Of a DNA stretch of 64,000 bases, positions 1 through 13,175 are shown piece after piece. The notes beneath the pieces were generated by a model that was not told the DNA's origin, searched no databases, and saw only the letters and a program-made list of their open reading frames with translations. This DNA comes from Octopus sinensis (taxonomy: Eukaryota): NCBI RefSeq assembly GCF_006345805.1, contig NC_043003.1, positions 20,584,001 to 20,648,000 of the forward strand, written 5' to 3'. Made by a program: the position numbers and the translations under genes. Every line of letters begins with the position of its first letter. Positions within the stretch are counted from its first letter, which is position 1.

Positions 1-324
1 GTTGTCAAGCAGTGGTGGGGGACAAACACAGACAGAAACACACACACACACACATACACACACACACACATACACACACACACACACATACACACACACA
101 CAAATACACTTATATATACGCCAGGCTTCTTTCAGTTTCCGCCTCCAAAATCCACCCACAGGGCTTTGGTCGGCCCGAGGCTATAGTAGAAGACACTTGT
201 CCAAGGTGCCACGCAGTGGGACTGAACCCGGAACCATGTGGTTGGTAAGCAAGCTATTTACCACACAGCCACTCCCAAGGTGCCACGAAGCAAGCTTCAT
301 ACCACATAGCCACGCCTGCGCCTA
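1..324 (-). mobile_element. tRNA-derived SINE family A (internal (TA)n(TG)n), with a partly duplicated 5' head
   Basis: Reverse complement of GGAGTGGCTGTGTGGTAA (A box) ... GGTTCAGTCCC (B box) ... GGCACCTTGG.CAAGTGTCTTCTACTATAGCC; same family as 22939, 43883, 46585, 47731. Confidence 0.85.
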
Positions 325-1081
325 TATCAAAGTTTATCAAAGTTTTCAAACAATAGACAGATATACGTTAGTAATTTTATTGCTCTGCTGTTCCCTTTTA
401 ATTTTCGTTCTATTTCATGGATGCTAGCAATATAAAATGCATTTTTTTGTTTGGGAGCTGTGCATTAGAGATGAGGATGTTACTTCTGAAGCTTGTCTTG
501 CATGTTATGCTTTAGAGCGTGATCGCATTAAACTACGCATTTGTCATAAATCGGATGATGGCACGTATTATTTTCATTGCAGTTTCTATACTTGTATTTT
601 CATAGCATCAGTTTTGTTTTAATTGATCTTTATGCTTTGTTTATGTCTCTCGTTATTGTTTTCTGTAGTCGATCGAAGTTACAGTTATTTTTTTCTATCG
701 TATTCAATATTGTTTTATGCATAATAAAGACAAGCAAGTCGTAAAATAAGCATTACTTGTACTTCCTGAAGACTTAAATTGAATCACTGCTTACTTGGTA
801 TCTTGTTTCTGCTCTTCGAATCGGTGATGTTATTGTATATTTGCCTTACATTAAACTATTTCACTCTCCATGTTTTAATTCGGTAGACTTAGAAGAGTAG
901 AGGATAAAATATCTTTTTGTCATTTAGTTATGCTTGTTTTCGTTCTGCGTTCGAATATTACTTAGCATTTTATCGATCCAGGGCAGATAAAGTGAGTACG
1001 ACTCAAATGTTGAAGCGATCAAATTAGATATAGTCTTTCGCCAATATATGTGATTCTATTAAGAGCCATCATCATCATCAT

Positions 1082-1303
1082 CAAGGCGACGTCAACACAC
1101 CGAGCGAAATGCTTAGCCATATTTTATCCATCTTTACGTTCTGAACTCAAAATTCCCGAGATCGACTTTGCCTATTCATCCTTTCGGGGTCGATTAAAAA
1201 AGTACCAGTTACGCACTGGGGTCGATATAATCGACTTAATCCGTTTGTCTGTCCTTGTTTGTCCCTTCTGTGTGTAGCCCCTTGTGGGCAGTAAAGAAAT
1301 AAG
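1082..1303 (+). mobile_element. tRNA-derived SINE family B, subtype with Tx1-like tail, followed by (ATT)n
   Basis: GTCGACTTTGCC.TTCATCCTTTCGGGGTCGAT core; tail ...TCTGTGTGTAGCCCCTTGTGGGCAGTAAAGAAAT. Confidence 0.85.
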
Positions 1304-1310
1304 GAAGGAC

Positions 1311-1377
<67 letters not shown>

Positions 1378-1659
1378 TAGTGAGAGAGCTGTGCATGCCA
1401 TCAAAGTGATACTCAGGTAAAATATACGAAGCCCAGTACGAAGTTATTCCTCTTCGATTACTATCGCAAACAACAGTAGCTTCCTTCAAATGAATACACG
1501 TCGTTGATTGGTTGAAATTATCCAAATACGTGAACTTTTAACAGGATGTAACTTCTAAAATATGAAATTTTGTCCAAAACGTTCAAAGTAAACCGTGTTC
1601 TACGTGAGAATTTCTACCTGAATTCGAAGTTTCAAACTGTTTAGTTAAAAAAAAATTAA

Positions 1660-2092
1660 TAAAAAAATCTGTGATTGAGATGGAATACATCCGCCCAGTA
1701 TAGCCATCATGACTACCCATCACAACCATATGTGCGCGACATGGGGATCTAATGTCAAGATTAACAGCGCATGACATTGCAGGTGGGACCCAGTTAGAAT
1801 TTTCTTTAGATCGAGTAGCCCATCCCGCTCAAAAGGTCCCTGAATAAGGATTGTTTAAAGATGTTGAACGAAACACCCATGTTTCTAGAGGTGAATTATC
1901 CAAATCCCAAAGAATTCCTCTCAACACATGGCTATGATGCTCCCCCATCAGAGATGCATATAACGTTAGCCACTAAGGGACATGCTCAACTGGTTAAGGT
2001 CAAACAACTGACCAGCAATCTGTAGTATTAAGTAGAATACCTGCTGTAGCACATCTTTTATACCAAGACAAAACAATGTACATGATAACACT
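1660..2092. mobile_element. Interspersed repeat of unclear class
   Basis: GC-richer block (TCGAGTAGCCCATCCCGCTCAAAAGGTCCCTGAATAAGG...) that I recall as a common octopus repeat; single copy in this window. Confidence 0.4.
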
Positions 2093-2141
2093 GGTGGTGG
2101 TGGTGGTGGTGGTGGTGTTGGTGGTGGTGGTAGTGGTGGTG

Positions 2142-2192
<51 letters not shown>
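2092..2192. repeat. Compound (GGT)n(AGT)n microsatellite
   Basis: Seen directly. Confidence 0.95.
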
Positions 2193-2193
<1 letters not shown>

Positions 2194-2818
2194 AATGTTC
2201 CCAGTACTGTCACTGTTAATGGTTTTGAATCACGTTGTAATAATTGCTGTTGAAATTGACGAAGATGATGACGATGATAATGAAATGATATTGATGATGA
2301 GGAGTAGGAGGTGCAAGAGGATGAGGAAGAGGAAGAGGAAGATTTCGGCGATGTTTATTATGATGCAGATAACGAAATTACTGTATAATAGAAAACGATC
2401 TTAATAAATTGCTTTTAAGTAAAACATTTGAATTATTTTATTTGTATCTCATTCATTCATTTTTCTTTTTTTTTTGTTTTTGTTTTTATTTAATCATTAT
2501 TCTGTTTCTTTATTTATGTGTTTGCTTTTCGGTCTGATTATCTGCGTTTTGGGGTTTATTTTTGCATTTGTTTGGTTCATGTCACGTTTGTTCTATTTTT
2601 ATTTTGCTTCTATTTTTGCTTCTATTTTTATTGAACTTCCCTTTGATTGATGATGTTTTATCTCTGATGTTTATATATTATTTAGTGTTTATTTACTATG
2701 AGTGAAACAATAAACAGCGAGCTCCTGGCAATTTGGGAGCAATCCATAGTTGAAGCCATTTTCTTTCACTTTATACTACTAATAATCTGGATAAAAAAAC
2801 AGCATACCCATTCACCTG

Positions 2819-3075
2819 TGGCGGCGCGTGGTTTAGTGGTTAAGGTGTCAGCATCATGATCGTAAGATTGTGGTTTCGATTCCTGGACCGAGCGACGCAT
2901 AGTGCTTTTGAGCAAAGCACTTCATTTCGCGTTGCTCCAGTCCACTCAGCTGGCAAAATGAGTAACGCTGTGATGGACTGGCGTCCCATGCAGCCGAGGA
3001 GCACATACGCCATTGAAACCGGGAAACTGAGCCCATGTGCCTGGCTAGTCTGTAAAAGGGCGCATTTATTTTTTT
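2819..3075 (+). mobile_element. tRNA-derived SINE family C
   Basis: GGCGCGTGGTTTAGTGG (A box) ... GGTTTCGATTCC (B box); near-identical to 3435-3695. Confidence 0.85.
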
Positions 3076-3204
3076 TATTTTATCCATTCACCTAGGCTCT
3101 AGCATGGCCAGATCTGCAATCTTAACCTAAAGCGAAAAGTAAAGTGACATAATAACACAGAGGACAACAGACACCTTTATATAGTTTTTATTTGAGCGGC
3201 GAGG

Positions 3205-4272
3205 TAACAGAATTGTTAGTGCGTCGTACAAAATACTCAACGGTATTTCTTCAGGTTCTTGACGTTTTCAGTGAATTCCAATCCCGTCATAATCAAATTT
3301 TCCTTTCATCCCTATCCCGGGTCGATAAAATAATGTTCTTAGATCGATGGCATCAACTAACTCCTCCTCCCCTTAAGATTGTTACTTTTGCATCTAAATC
3401 AGAAATCATCAAATAGTTGTAATTAAAGAGATGCTTGGAGGCGCGTGGCTTAGTGGTTAGGGTGTCAGCACCATGATCGTAAGATTATGGTTTCGATTCC
3501 TGGACCGGACGACGCGTTGTGTTCTTGAGCAAAACACTTCATTTCATGTTGCTCCAGTTCACTCAGCTGGCAAAAATGAGTAACGCTACGATGGACTGGC
3601 GTCCTGTCCAGCTGGGGAATATATACGCCATAGAAACTGGGAAACCGGGCCCGTGAGCCTGGTTAGTCTTTAAAAGGGCGCATTTATTATTTTTTTTAAA
3701 GAGATGCATAGGCAGAAACGGTAGAATATCGGTCCATATGATTCTCGGTAGTTGTTCTGGCCCTTTATGTACTAAGTTCAAATCCCACCGAATTTATCTT
3801 TGCCTTTCATCCCTTTGGGATCGATAAATAAAGCACTTTTCAAGTACTGGAGTTGATTTCCTACACCAATACCCCTCTTCCAAATTTTCTGGTCTTAATT
3901 CTATGTTAGAAATAGTTTAAAACGGTAGACTGGCACAATCATTAGAGCGTCGAACAAACTATTTCGGTATTTGTTCTGACTTTTTCATCCCATGTTCGTA
4001 TCACGTCGTAGTCAATTTTCCTTTCATTCTTTTGACAAATACCCTTAAACCCTTAGAGGTCGTTGAAGCGCTGCAGCCATGCAGCGTATCAAGGGCAAAA
4101 AAGCCTGGCGGAGCCCATCTTTCTCCAGGTTAAACTCATTTCTACAGCTGAGTGGACTGGAGCAACGTGAAAAGAAGTGTTCTGCCCAAGCTCACAACGA
4201 ATCGCCCGGTCCAGGAATCGAAACCACAATCTGACGATCATAAGTCCAACACCCTAACCACTAAGCCAGGCA
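3205..4272. mobile_element. Cluster of degraded SINEs (family B + at ~3205-3415, ~3710-3915, ~3920-4040; family C-type head - at ~4140-4272)
   Basis: Recognisable but diverged family motifs; boundaries approximate. Confidence 0.65.
3435..3695 (+). mobile_element. SINE family C with 12-bp TSD
   Basis: TSD TTAAAGAGATGC at 3423-3434 and 3696-3707; A/B boxes present. Confidence 0.9.
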
Positions 4273-5134
4273 AATTATGTCGTAATCAGTTTTGCCTTTC
4301 ATTCTTTCGGTTCGATAAAATTAAGTATCTCTCAAGCACTAGAGCCAAAGTGATCATCTAATGCCTTTCTCCTCAAAACTCTTGTCTTTATGCCTAAATC
4401 AGAAATTACTATATATTTGTGTTAAGCAGGTAGAGCAAGAGAGAAGCTCCCATAAGAGAAACGTTCAACTGCAACTGAAGCTATATTTACTCCGTTTCAT
4501 TTACTATGAGACTAAAATACGAAAACTCTTTAAAAAGCCACGGTTATTCACTCTTCCTATTTGTGTACCTTTCCTCTAGTAGATTATGTATCTGTGTTAG
4601 ACCTTCAACCAAATTTTGTGAATTGTACAAAAGAAGTGAATAAAACGTAGACAAATTTGTGTAAAGAACAGTTTCGTATTACGATTCCCAAATTTAATCA
4701 TTTTGACCACATAAATTAGTCCATTAATGTACTTGGGGAAAAAAGCGTATGAACGGAAACAAAACATGTGAAATTCAACGCAGTTCTATGTTCTCTCATC
4801 TGCAAATCACCAAAAAAATAAGATGCAATGATATTGATGCGGTAGGGACGAGCGGATATCGGCAAATTTTTACCTGCGAGCCAAAATTTGGTTTCGATAT
4901 CTAGTTGAAACCAACTTATGTTACTGTATAGAATACTGATTTCAAATTTTGGTACAAGACCAGCAGTTGCGGTGGAGGGGTAAATTGATTACATCCAACC
5001 CAGTACTGAACTGGTACTTATTTTATCGATCCCGAAAGGCAAAGTCAGCTTCGACGGAATTTGAACGCCGCTAAGTATTTCGCCCGGTGTGCTAACGATT
5101 CTGACAGTCTGCTTCCTTTTTACTGCGCATAATA

Positions 5135-5509
5135 TTCTTTTCTAGTCTAGGCACAAAGCCCAGAATTTTGGGGGCGTGGGGAGCGAGTAGATTAGATCGA
5201 CCCCAGTATGCAACTGGTATTTCATTTATCGACCCCGAAAGGATGAAAGGCAAAGTCGACATCGGCGGAATTTGCACTCAGAACGTAAAGACAGACGAAA
5301 TACCTATTTCTTTACTACCCACTAGGGGCTAAACACAGAAGGGACAAACAAGGACAGACAAACGGATTAAGTCGATTACATTGACCCCAGTGCGTAACTG
5401 GTACTTATTTAATCGACCCCGGTGGAATTTGAACTCAGACCGTAAAGACAGACGAAATACCGCTCCGCATTTCGCCCAGCGTGCCAACGTTTCTGCCAGC
5501 TCGCCGCCA
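5135..5509 (-). mobile_element. Composite SINE B (B head + Tx1-tailed unit + standard-tailed B) flanked by a 17-bp TSD
   Basis: TSD TTTTACTGCG(C/T)ATAATA at 5118-5134 and 5510-5526; internal repeat of GGTATTTCGTCTGTCTTTACG. Confidence 0.85.
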
Positions 5510-5989
5510 TTTTACTGCGTATAATAGTGTGAGACAAAATATTCTTTTTTTTTTTTTGACTTTTCAAAATGTGACGAAGACGTTGCCAGTGAAAGATTTT
5601 AATAAAGTATAAACTATAATTTACGTTATATCTATATATAAATATATGATTCAAATTTTTTATGTTTTATACTTACAGAGATTCTTCAGAATTCTGAACA
5701 GCGAACAACTGGTATCTCCCCAGAGTACAGCTAGAGAGATAATACATATTGTTAGAAACAGAGATTTTGCCAAGTTTTTTCAGAAAGATGAAATAAAGGT
5801 GAGATATCTACACAGATTCACTAGAAAATATTGTTCGATAGACCGCATACCTTCACACACTCTTGTGTGCATGACTCCTGCTTACACACACTTCAACATG
5901 CACGTACACACACACGCACCACACACACACACACACACACAACATATATATATATATATATAATATATATATATATATAGATATATATT

Positions 5990-6240
5990 ACCTTCGTAAC
6001 GCGGAGTAGATGAAACAGAGGCGGCTGAAGAAGGGGAATTTCCCTTGTGGTGTATGTCTTGTACTCTATTTGTTCGTTGTTTAAGAAAAATGTCCATTTC
6101 CTTGGTTTTGTGTTTATGTTTTCGTTTCTCATTGTGTTCGACGTTTTTTTTGAGTCCTGTACCCATATATGCATGTATATATACATATAGATGTAGGTAC
6201 GTACATATATGTATGTATATATGCATATGTTTTAATTATT
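5990..6240 (+). mobile_element. Penelope-like pLTR fragment between (TA)n tracts
   Basis: 3' half (GTCCTGTAC...GATGTAGGTACGTACAT) shared with the direct repeats at 16146 and 16965; CTGAAGA motif; class is inference. Confidence 0.5.
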
Positions 6241-6269
6241 AATTTGTTATATATATATATATATATTAT

Positions 6270-6322
<53 letters not shown>

Positions 6323-6332
6323 TATTATTATG

Positions 6333-6382
<50 letters not shown>

Positions 6383-6892
6383 CAGAGAGAGAGAGATGTC
6401 TCAATACTAATCTTGCGCCTGTGATACGTCTTTGGTAAAAAAAATAGAAACACTAAAATCCATGATACACGTTTACACATACGTACACGTTGATAAAAAG
6501 AAAGATGCATTTGCGCAAAAGTAGGTATGTAGCTGCTTGATATGAGTGAAATTTTCTTTTCATTTCTGTACTTTTAAGAAGTGAACTAAAATGCAAACAC
6601 ACACACACACACACACCACACACACACACACAACACACAGACGCATACATAGATGTGTGTTTTTGTGCGTGTGCTTCTTTGTGTTTAACTTGAGTTCTTG
6701 CGAGAGTTAAATCCGGCGGCTAACAAAGCTACAAGACGTTTTGAGTTAAGAGAGTCCACGGTGTTTATAAATATGTGGGTGGGTTGGTGCCTTGATTGAG
6801 CTGTGTGTACGCATGCATGCATGCATGTATGTATGTATGTATGTATGTATGTACGTTTGCATGTATGTATGTATGTATGTATGTATGCAAGT

Positions 6893-7418
6893 TATTGTCA
6901 GGTCACTTTCGAGTGCTACTGGTAACATGTAACCCAGTACAACCGGTTGCATGGTTGGGTCGTTGGCGACTAAACCGGCAACCCCACCAAGCTGGCTTTG
7001 TGAGGAGGGTGTTTATTGGACACACCGCGGGATGAAAAACAAAACCCGTCAAAGGGCGGAGGAACTCTTGAGAGTCAACGGCCATTCAATAAATGCCTTA
7101 AGGCTGTATCATGCGCAGGGATATATAAATAATCGGACTGAATGCCCGATCGCGCGGTTAAACCATTGGGAGTGAAGGACTCCTAGAATCTGTTAGGGCA
7201 TCGTTCTAGGAGAGGGTAACTCAGGTAACTGGGATAACTCCGACAGTGGTTACCGATGATGTTGACTTGTTCTTCTTTTCGGATTATGGCTGCTGTTGCT
7301 TAGTGAGTGGGATTGACTCTGTGCACAGCCTTTCCTCACTTTAAAAAAATCTTCTTGCACAAGCATTGCACAATAGCAACATTGATTAAGCTTCGTGCAA
7401 TGGCCATACTCGATAACC
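6893..7418 (+). mobile_element. ~526-bp non-coding retroposon (RTE-5'UTR-like) with 12-bp TSD
   Basis: TSD ATGTATGCAAGT at 6881-6892 and 7419-7430; no TIRs; HDV-like motif at the 5' end. Confidence 0.7.
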
Positions 7419-8284
7419 ATGTATGCAAGTATTTATGTATATAATTTGTGTTTTACTTTCATCATATTTTATAACTTATAAAATTGAAGGGTAGTTGGGC
7501 TATCATTTAATAAAATGCGAAGGGTGCAAGAGAGATAGTGTGAGAGAGAACATAGTGGCATAAAGAGTATGACTGATTTCAAGGAAGGGGAGGGCAGAGT
7601 TGTATAAGCGACAAATATGGAGTGGCAGTTGGATAGTAATGTTAATACAGTTTTCATTCAAGGATACACACGCTCGTACTTCCAATGTTCTCTCGCTCGC
7701 GTCTCTTCCTGTCTATCTCTTGCTCTCTCTCTCTCTCTCTCTCTCTCAGTCTCTGTCTGTCTGTCTCTCTCACTCTCTCTCTGTCTCTGTCTCTCTCTCT
7801 CTCCCTATATATATATATATATATATATTTATATAACACGCACACATGCAAACACATCTATAGACAAGTATTTGACAACGTTTAAACAGAAATTATCCGG
7901 AAGTAACCGAAGTATTCCTTTTTCCATTTATGAACAGACGATAAAGTGGTTATCGTCTGTTAAATATTTGGAGTCAACTCACTTTTCTTTTCACGAAGAC
8001 GGCGTTTCAAGTCAACATTGAAGGTGAAGTACCTTATCAATTTCGTTTTTATTATTTACAAAATTATTATCACTCGTTCATCTATCTCAAAGTTAGAAAG
8101 ACAGACTTTTAAAGAGGAAACTGTTATCACTTAGTATCTTATCCTTTTTGGTGTTGTAATTTTCCGTCACGTTTTGTTCCCCAAACCATTTAAAGTTTAA
8201 ACTGAAGGTGAAGTCCCTTACTGAATTTATTGAAATATATTCAACAATTACATTAATTTATTAATTCACCCTTTTAATAAAGTC

Positions 8285-9630
8285 ATGGGTGATGATATTT
8301 GTATGTTCAGAGCTGTGTCACTCTAGCTCAAAAACAACAGAAATTATCGACCTGTTCGGGAAGAGTCCGTACGATACATATGCAATAACTGAAAGTATTT
8401 TCATTCTTTTATTCCGAATAATACAATGCGGGAATACCAAGCATACATAAGTAGGGATGGAACATACGGCGGTAATGTTGAATTTGCTGCCATTAGTGAA
8501 TTGTACAATGTTGCAATTCAGGTTCATCACAATGACAATGAAATTATTCTTCCTCTCTTCACCGTTTGTGGTCGAACATTTACAGAAAGGAAGATTTCAG
8601 TGTTATATAGTGCCGAATTTGACAACGGTCACTACAATGCTCTCTTTCTCATAAATAATCATGAGGATGATAGAAATGTAGAAGGAAATGAAATATCACA
8701 AGACAGTAAAAAAGAGGAAAGAATGAGAATTCAAACACTTTATATGAAAACTGTTGCAGAAAGTAAAAATATCGGAAAGTTAGGTTGCAAAAAATGAGGG
8801 AATATGAGAGGAGGACAAGAGAACAAGGTGATAAAAATAGGGAAATATGATTGTAAAGAAAGAAGGAAAATTATAGAAATAAAAAAGGTACAAGAAAATT
8901 TAAAAAAGACTAAGAAATACGATTGCAAAAACGGAGAGAAAACGTAGAATAAATAGAAGACGAGAGAGAAAGCGACCGAAAAATACGACTAAAACGGAGA
9001 AAGCTTTCCAGAGAAAATCATCAGAAAAAGTATAGACGATTTCAATGGTAAGGTGTAGCATTTAATTATGGTCCTAATCATAATTATGCATCTGAAAAAA
9101 TGTCTCCCTGGGCTCTATGTACAAAACATGTGAAAGGTGAGGTGCTAGGAAGTGAGACAAGGAATCATTAGGTATGTGTTGTTCTAATGGTAAAGTCCAT
9201 TTACCAATAACTGAGCCTCCAAAACTTATGAAACACTTTCTTAAGAATTTTCGAACTGACACTTGTACATTTCAAATGCCATCATTTTGAGCAAAACTTA
9301 TTGGGGAAAGTGGGTTTATGTCGACTTTTAAAGTGCAAGGACAAATTTATCACAGAATTGGCCCTCTTAAGCCTTTACAGAATAAAGATCCACAGATTTT
9401 ACAAAAAAAAAGCACGGTGTCGCAGCAAGATTTGTCCAGGTACAAAATTAGAATTTATTTTTAAGCTGCAAGAAATGCTCCACGAAAAGAATTCTTATTT
9501 GAGAAGCTTTCAGTATGTTTTAGAATATATTTCAACTGCAGAATTTCAAATTGTCATCGATGCCGACAAAAGACCAGCAGGAGAACATGTCCGTCGGTTC
9601 GATGTTTCTGAGTGTAATGAAGAAAGTATA
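8285..9630 (+). mobile_element. Decayed autonomous Helitron fragment: OTU cysteine-protease domain, zinc-finger and Helitron N-terminal domain
   Basis: MGDDICMFRAVS (OTU GDGNCLFRA motif) in frame with YGGNVEFAAISELY...GHYNAL; then GMCCSNGKVHLP, GFMSTFKVQGQIYHRIG and LQEMLHEKN...IVIDADKRPAGEHVRRF; stops and frameshifts; Rep/helicase absent. Confidence 0.85.
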
Positions 9631-9704
9631 AATACTTGGAGAAAAATTATTTACTCCTTATGTTTAAAGACTAAAACTCCGTTCATTTAAATAATATACA
9701 TGTA

Positions 9705-9840
9705 TGAAGACGCATGGCTCAATGGTTACAGTGTCAGGCTCTCGGTTCCCGAGCAAAACACTTTATTTCACATTGCTCGAGTTTACGCAGCTGTAGAAAT
9801 GAGTTGCAAAGCCACTGGTACCAAACTGCATCGGCCTTTA
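9705..9840 (+). mobile_element. Degraded SINE family C
   Basis: GACGCATGGCTCAATGGTTA head; GAGCAAAACACTTTATTTCAC core. Confidence 0.65.
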
Positions 9841-10019
9841 CCTTTCAAATGGATTTGAATTAAAGATATTCTACACTTATATAGTTTTTTTCCTTATTTA
9901 TACCTCATTTATTGATTTTGCAATCTATGAATATATATTTATATATATTCTTTGCTTGGTTGTACACGTGGACTTCGATGTTTGACATCTATCTTATTGA
10001 AGGATTTCGACCCTCACCT

Positions 10020-10064
<45 letters not shown>

Positions 10065-10612
10065 GTAAAATACAAAAATGGTTTGCAACGTGACAAATGT
10101 TTAATAGCTTTACTGGACATATATTAGTGTATGTTTTCACAGAGTTTTACATGCCTAACACAAAAAGAAAAAACACGGGAAGGGAAAAGATTACTTGTTA
10201 CTTAGAGATTTCCTATGAGAAAAGATATGGCGACTAAATTGTTCTGTACACTGCGGCTAAAAGAGATTTTGTAGTAGAAGAAATAGCAGACCGGTATCTG
10301 GTGTTTCACTGCCTTTCAACTTAAGGATTTTGTTGATACTTCGGTTCCTATAAAACCTACACCAGTAGCAAAATAGTGAAAAACGAAAACACATATACAC
10401 ATAGGCACATTCATGCACGCAACATACACACACGTACACACACTTACGCACGCATACAAATACACACACAAACATATATGTTTATATATGTTGTTTCCAT
10501 TTTTATTTTTTTTTATCTTGCTTCCAACACCACTTTGGTGGAGGGTTGATCCGAAGAGTCAGTCTACGTCTTTCCTTTATGTCGGCGTGCTTTTGACTGT
10601 GCAGAAATTTTA

Positions 10613-10648
<36 letters not shown>

Positions 10649-10649
10649 G

Positions 10650-10689
<40 letters not shown>

Positions 10690-10879
10690 GCACACACACA
10701 CGCGCGCGCGCGCACTTATGTTTACATTTTATCCATCAATCTTCGAAGCCTTGTCTAGCGGTTGTAACCTCTCACATTGTTCACCTGTCCGTTTTTATTA
10801 CTTCATTCCATTTGTGCTATTGTACTATTTCAACCTATATATATATATATATATAATATATCATATATATTATACCTAA

Positions 10880-10916
<37 letters not shown>

Positions 10917-10922
10917 AATTTA

Positions 10923-10953
<31 letters not shown>

Positions 10954-11633
10954 ATATATATGTATATATACACACATTTGGGGGAGAGACGCACATTATA
11001 TATATATATGTGTGGTGTGTATATATATATATACACAAACACATACACACACACACACATTCAATGGCGAGACTTGAACACAGATATATTAAGAGTTGAA
11101 ACAAAATAAATTTCCTTCTCATTTTCAGTAATTGATTCTGACAAACAGATTTATGCAATTTTAAATTTCTTTTCAAAGATAGTTTTGAAAGACAGCATTA
11201 AACAAACATTAATGGAAATATTATTGTATCATTTTAATAATTTTGAATGGCAATGTAGACAATTTTTCGGCTTATCAATGTTTTCTTTCCTACTCAGCAA
11301 AGACGTATATATTATCGTAACAACAGCGTAGAGAATATTGTGAAAGATTTGGATTGGTTTTGATGCTGCTGGTTTGGTTAATGATAGCTGTTCAGCTCCA
11401 GGCCAACACTCGTTTACCAAAGACGTTCTTGCCATAACTTTTCGTTATTTCTAATTATCTATGATGTAATATTCAATGTCACCTACTCTTCATCTTTTAA
11501 GTCGGTATGGTTTGAATTGTAGAAGATTTACCTGCTATATCTTGTAGCTTGAGCGACCTTGTTTAGGTAAAATAGGTGTTAGTTTCATTTAGCTTTACGA
11601 GCTTCTGAGATATGGGTGGATCACTTGATAAAA

Positions 11634-12206
11634 TCTGTATATCTATAAACGGCAAAATGTCTGTATGTGTGTGTCTGTGTGCCTGTGTGTCCTTTATACA
11701 AATCCACAGTTTTTCACGGAAAAGGCTCACATTTTCGATGGGCGTTCAAAACTGGCTGAGGATGGTGGTGAAGATCTTTTCATTTCCCCAGTCACCCCAG
11801 AAATCCATTAAAAAATCAATAAACCGACCCCTTATGACCATAAGTTATGGGCATATCCATTCAAAATCGCTAAAACATAGAAATTTGTACGCGGTGCGTG
11901 CGTACAGAAAGATACGCCAATAGACTGCCAGCTGTCTCTTTGATTGGACGGAGATAATTTTACCCTTGACAGTTGAATGCACTTGCACATTTGCAGACAG
12001 TCTGTATGACTCAGTGCATTTTTGTGTTTTGCGAAGACGCGTTATCATATGTTTTGGCTTTCAAACGTACACTCTTTTTTAATTTGAGAAATGCAGGGAA
12101 TAATTAACGAGTTAGACCAAGTGAATGACAAGAGAGCGGGATTTTCATGAAAGACCAAATATGCTTGACTAGCACAAGACCCGGCAACGCCGGGTCATAG
12201 TGCTAG
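11634..12206 (+). mobile_element. Non-autonomous Helitron (573 bp)
   Basis: 5' TC after A; subterminal hairpin GACCCGGC-AAC-GCCGGGTC (12178-12196); 3' CTAG followed by T; (TG) microsatellite near the 5' end. Confidence 0.85.
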
Positions 12207-12300
12207 TAAGTACTATTTAAGTTCTATCGTTGACCAAATCCATTTAATCTATGCTTTTAAATTCTAGGCTTTGTACCTATATTTGAAATCATTATTATAG

Positions 12301-12742
12301 TAAGGCGGCAAGCTGAAAGAATCGTTAGCACACCGGACAAAATGCTTGGCTGCAGTTTGTTCGTCTTTACGTTCTGAGTAGAAATTCCACCAACGTTGAC
12401 TTTGCCTTTCAACGTTCGGAGTCGATAAAATAATTACCAATCGGGCAAGGGGTCGATCTAATCGACTTACACCCTTCCCCAAAATTGGTGGTTTTGTGCT
12501 AAAATTTGAAACTATTATTAAAGTAAGGCGGCGCGCGAACAAAATCGTTCGTATGCCAGGCAAAGCGCATAAATACATTTGGTAAGTAAATACATTCTGA
12601 GTTCAAATTCTATCAATGCCAACTTATTCTTGTATCTCTTTTTCGGGGTCGATAAATTAAGTACCAGTTGCACATGGGGTCGATGTGACCGAATGACCCT
12701 TACCATCTAAAAATCAAGCCTTGTGCCTATAGTTGAAAGATT
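12301..12742 (+). mobile_element. Two head-to-tail SINE B copies
   Basis: AAGGCGGC heads at ~12302 and ~12526, GAGTTCAAAT B box, standard tail ...CCTTGTGCCTATAG. Confidence 0.8.
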
Positions 12743-13029
12743 AGTAGATTAAGGGCGTAAAATGAAGAGAAACGCTGACTCGGTTTTTGCAAAACATTTA
12801 CTACTTACATACAATTTCACTGTAAATTAACGTGTCACTTTAGTAGTTTACAGCGCCGAGATCAAATTATCTAAAAGATCGTAAATAAGTGGAAGAAATA
12901 GCTTGTTCACGTGAGATGTGGTAACAAAATAAAAGAGAAAAACATTAAAGTGCCATCAACTATATCAGACTTTGCGCCATCATTTAAACTGTCGCCTGTT
13001 TATATGCAAGCAATGCTTATTATGCAGGC

Positions 13030-13127
13030 TGGCACACACACACACACACACACACGCATGTATATACATGGATGATTATTTATATATACATGTATGTATA
13101 TATATATATGTATATATATATATATGT

Positions 13128-13175
<48 letters not shown>

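Noticed and set aside
2819-2895. tRNA genes at SINE heads (also 3437, 43883)
   Set aside because: A/B boxes run on into SINE bodies and no full cloverleaf is evident.
11229-11435. Non-repetitive 68-aa - strand ORF
   Set aside because: No splice or homology support.
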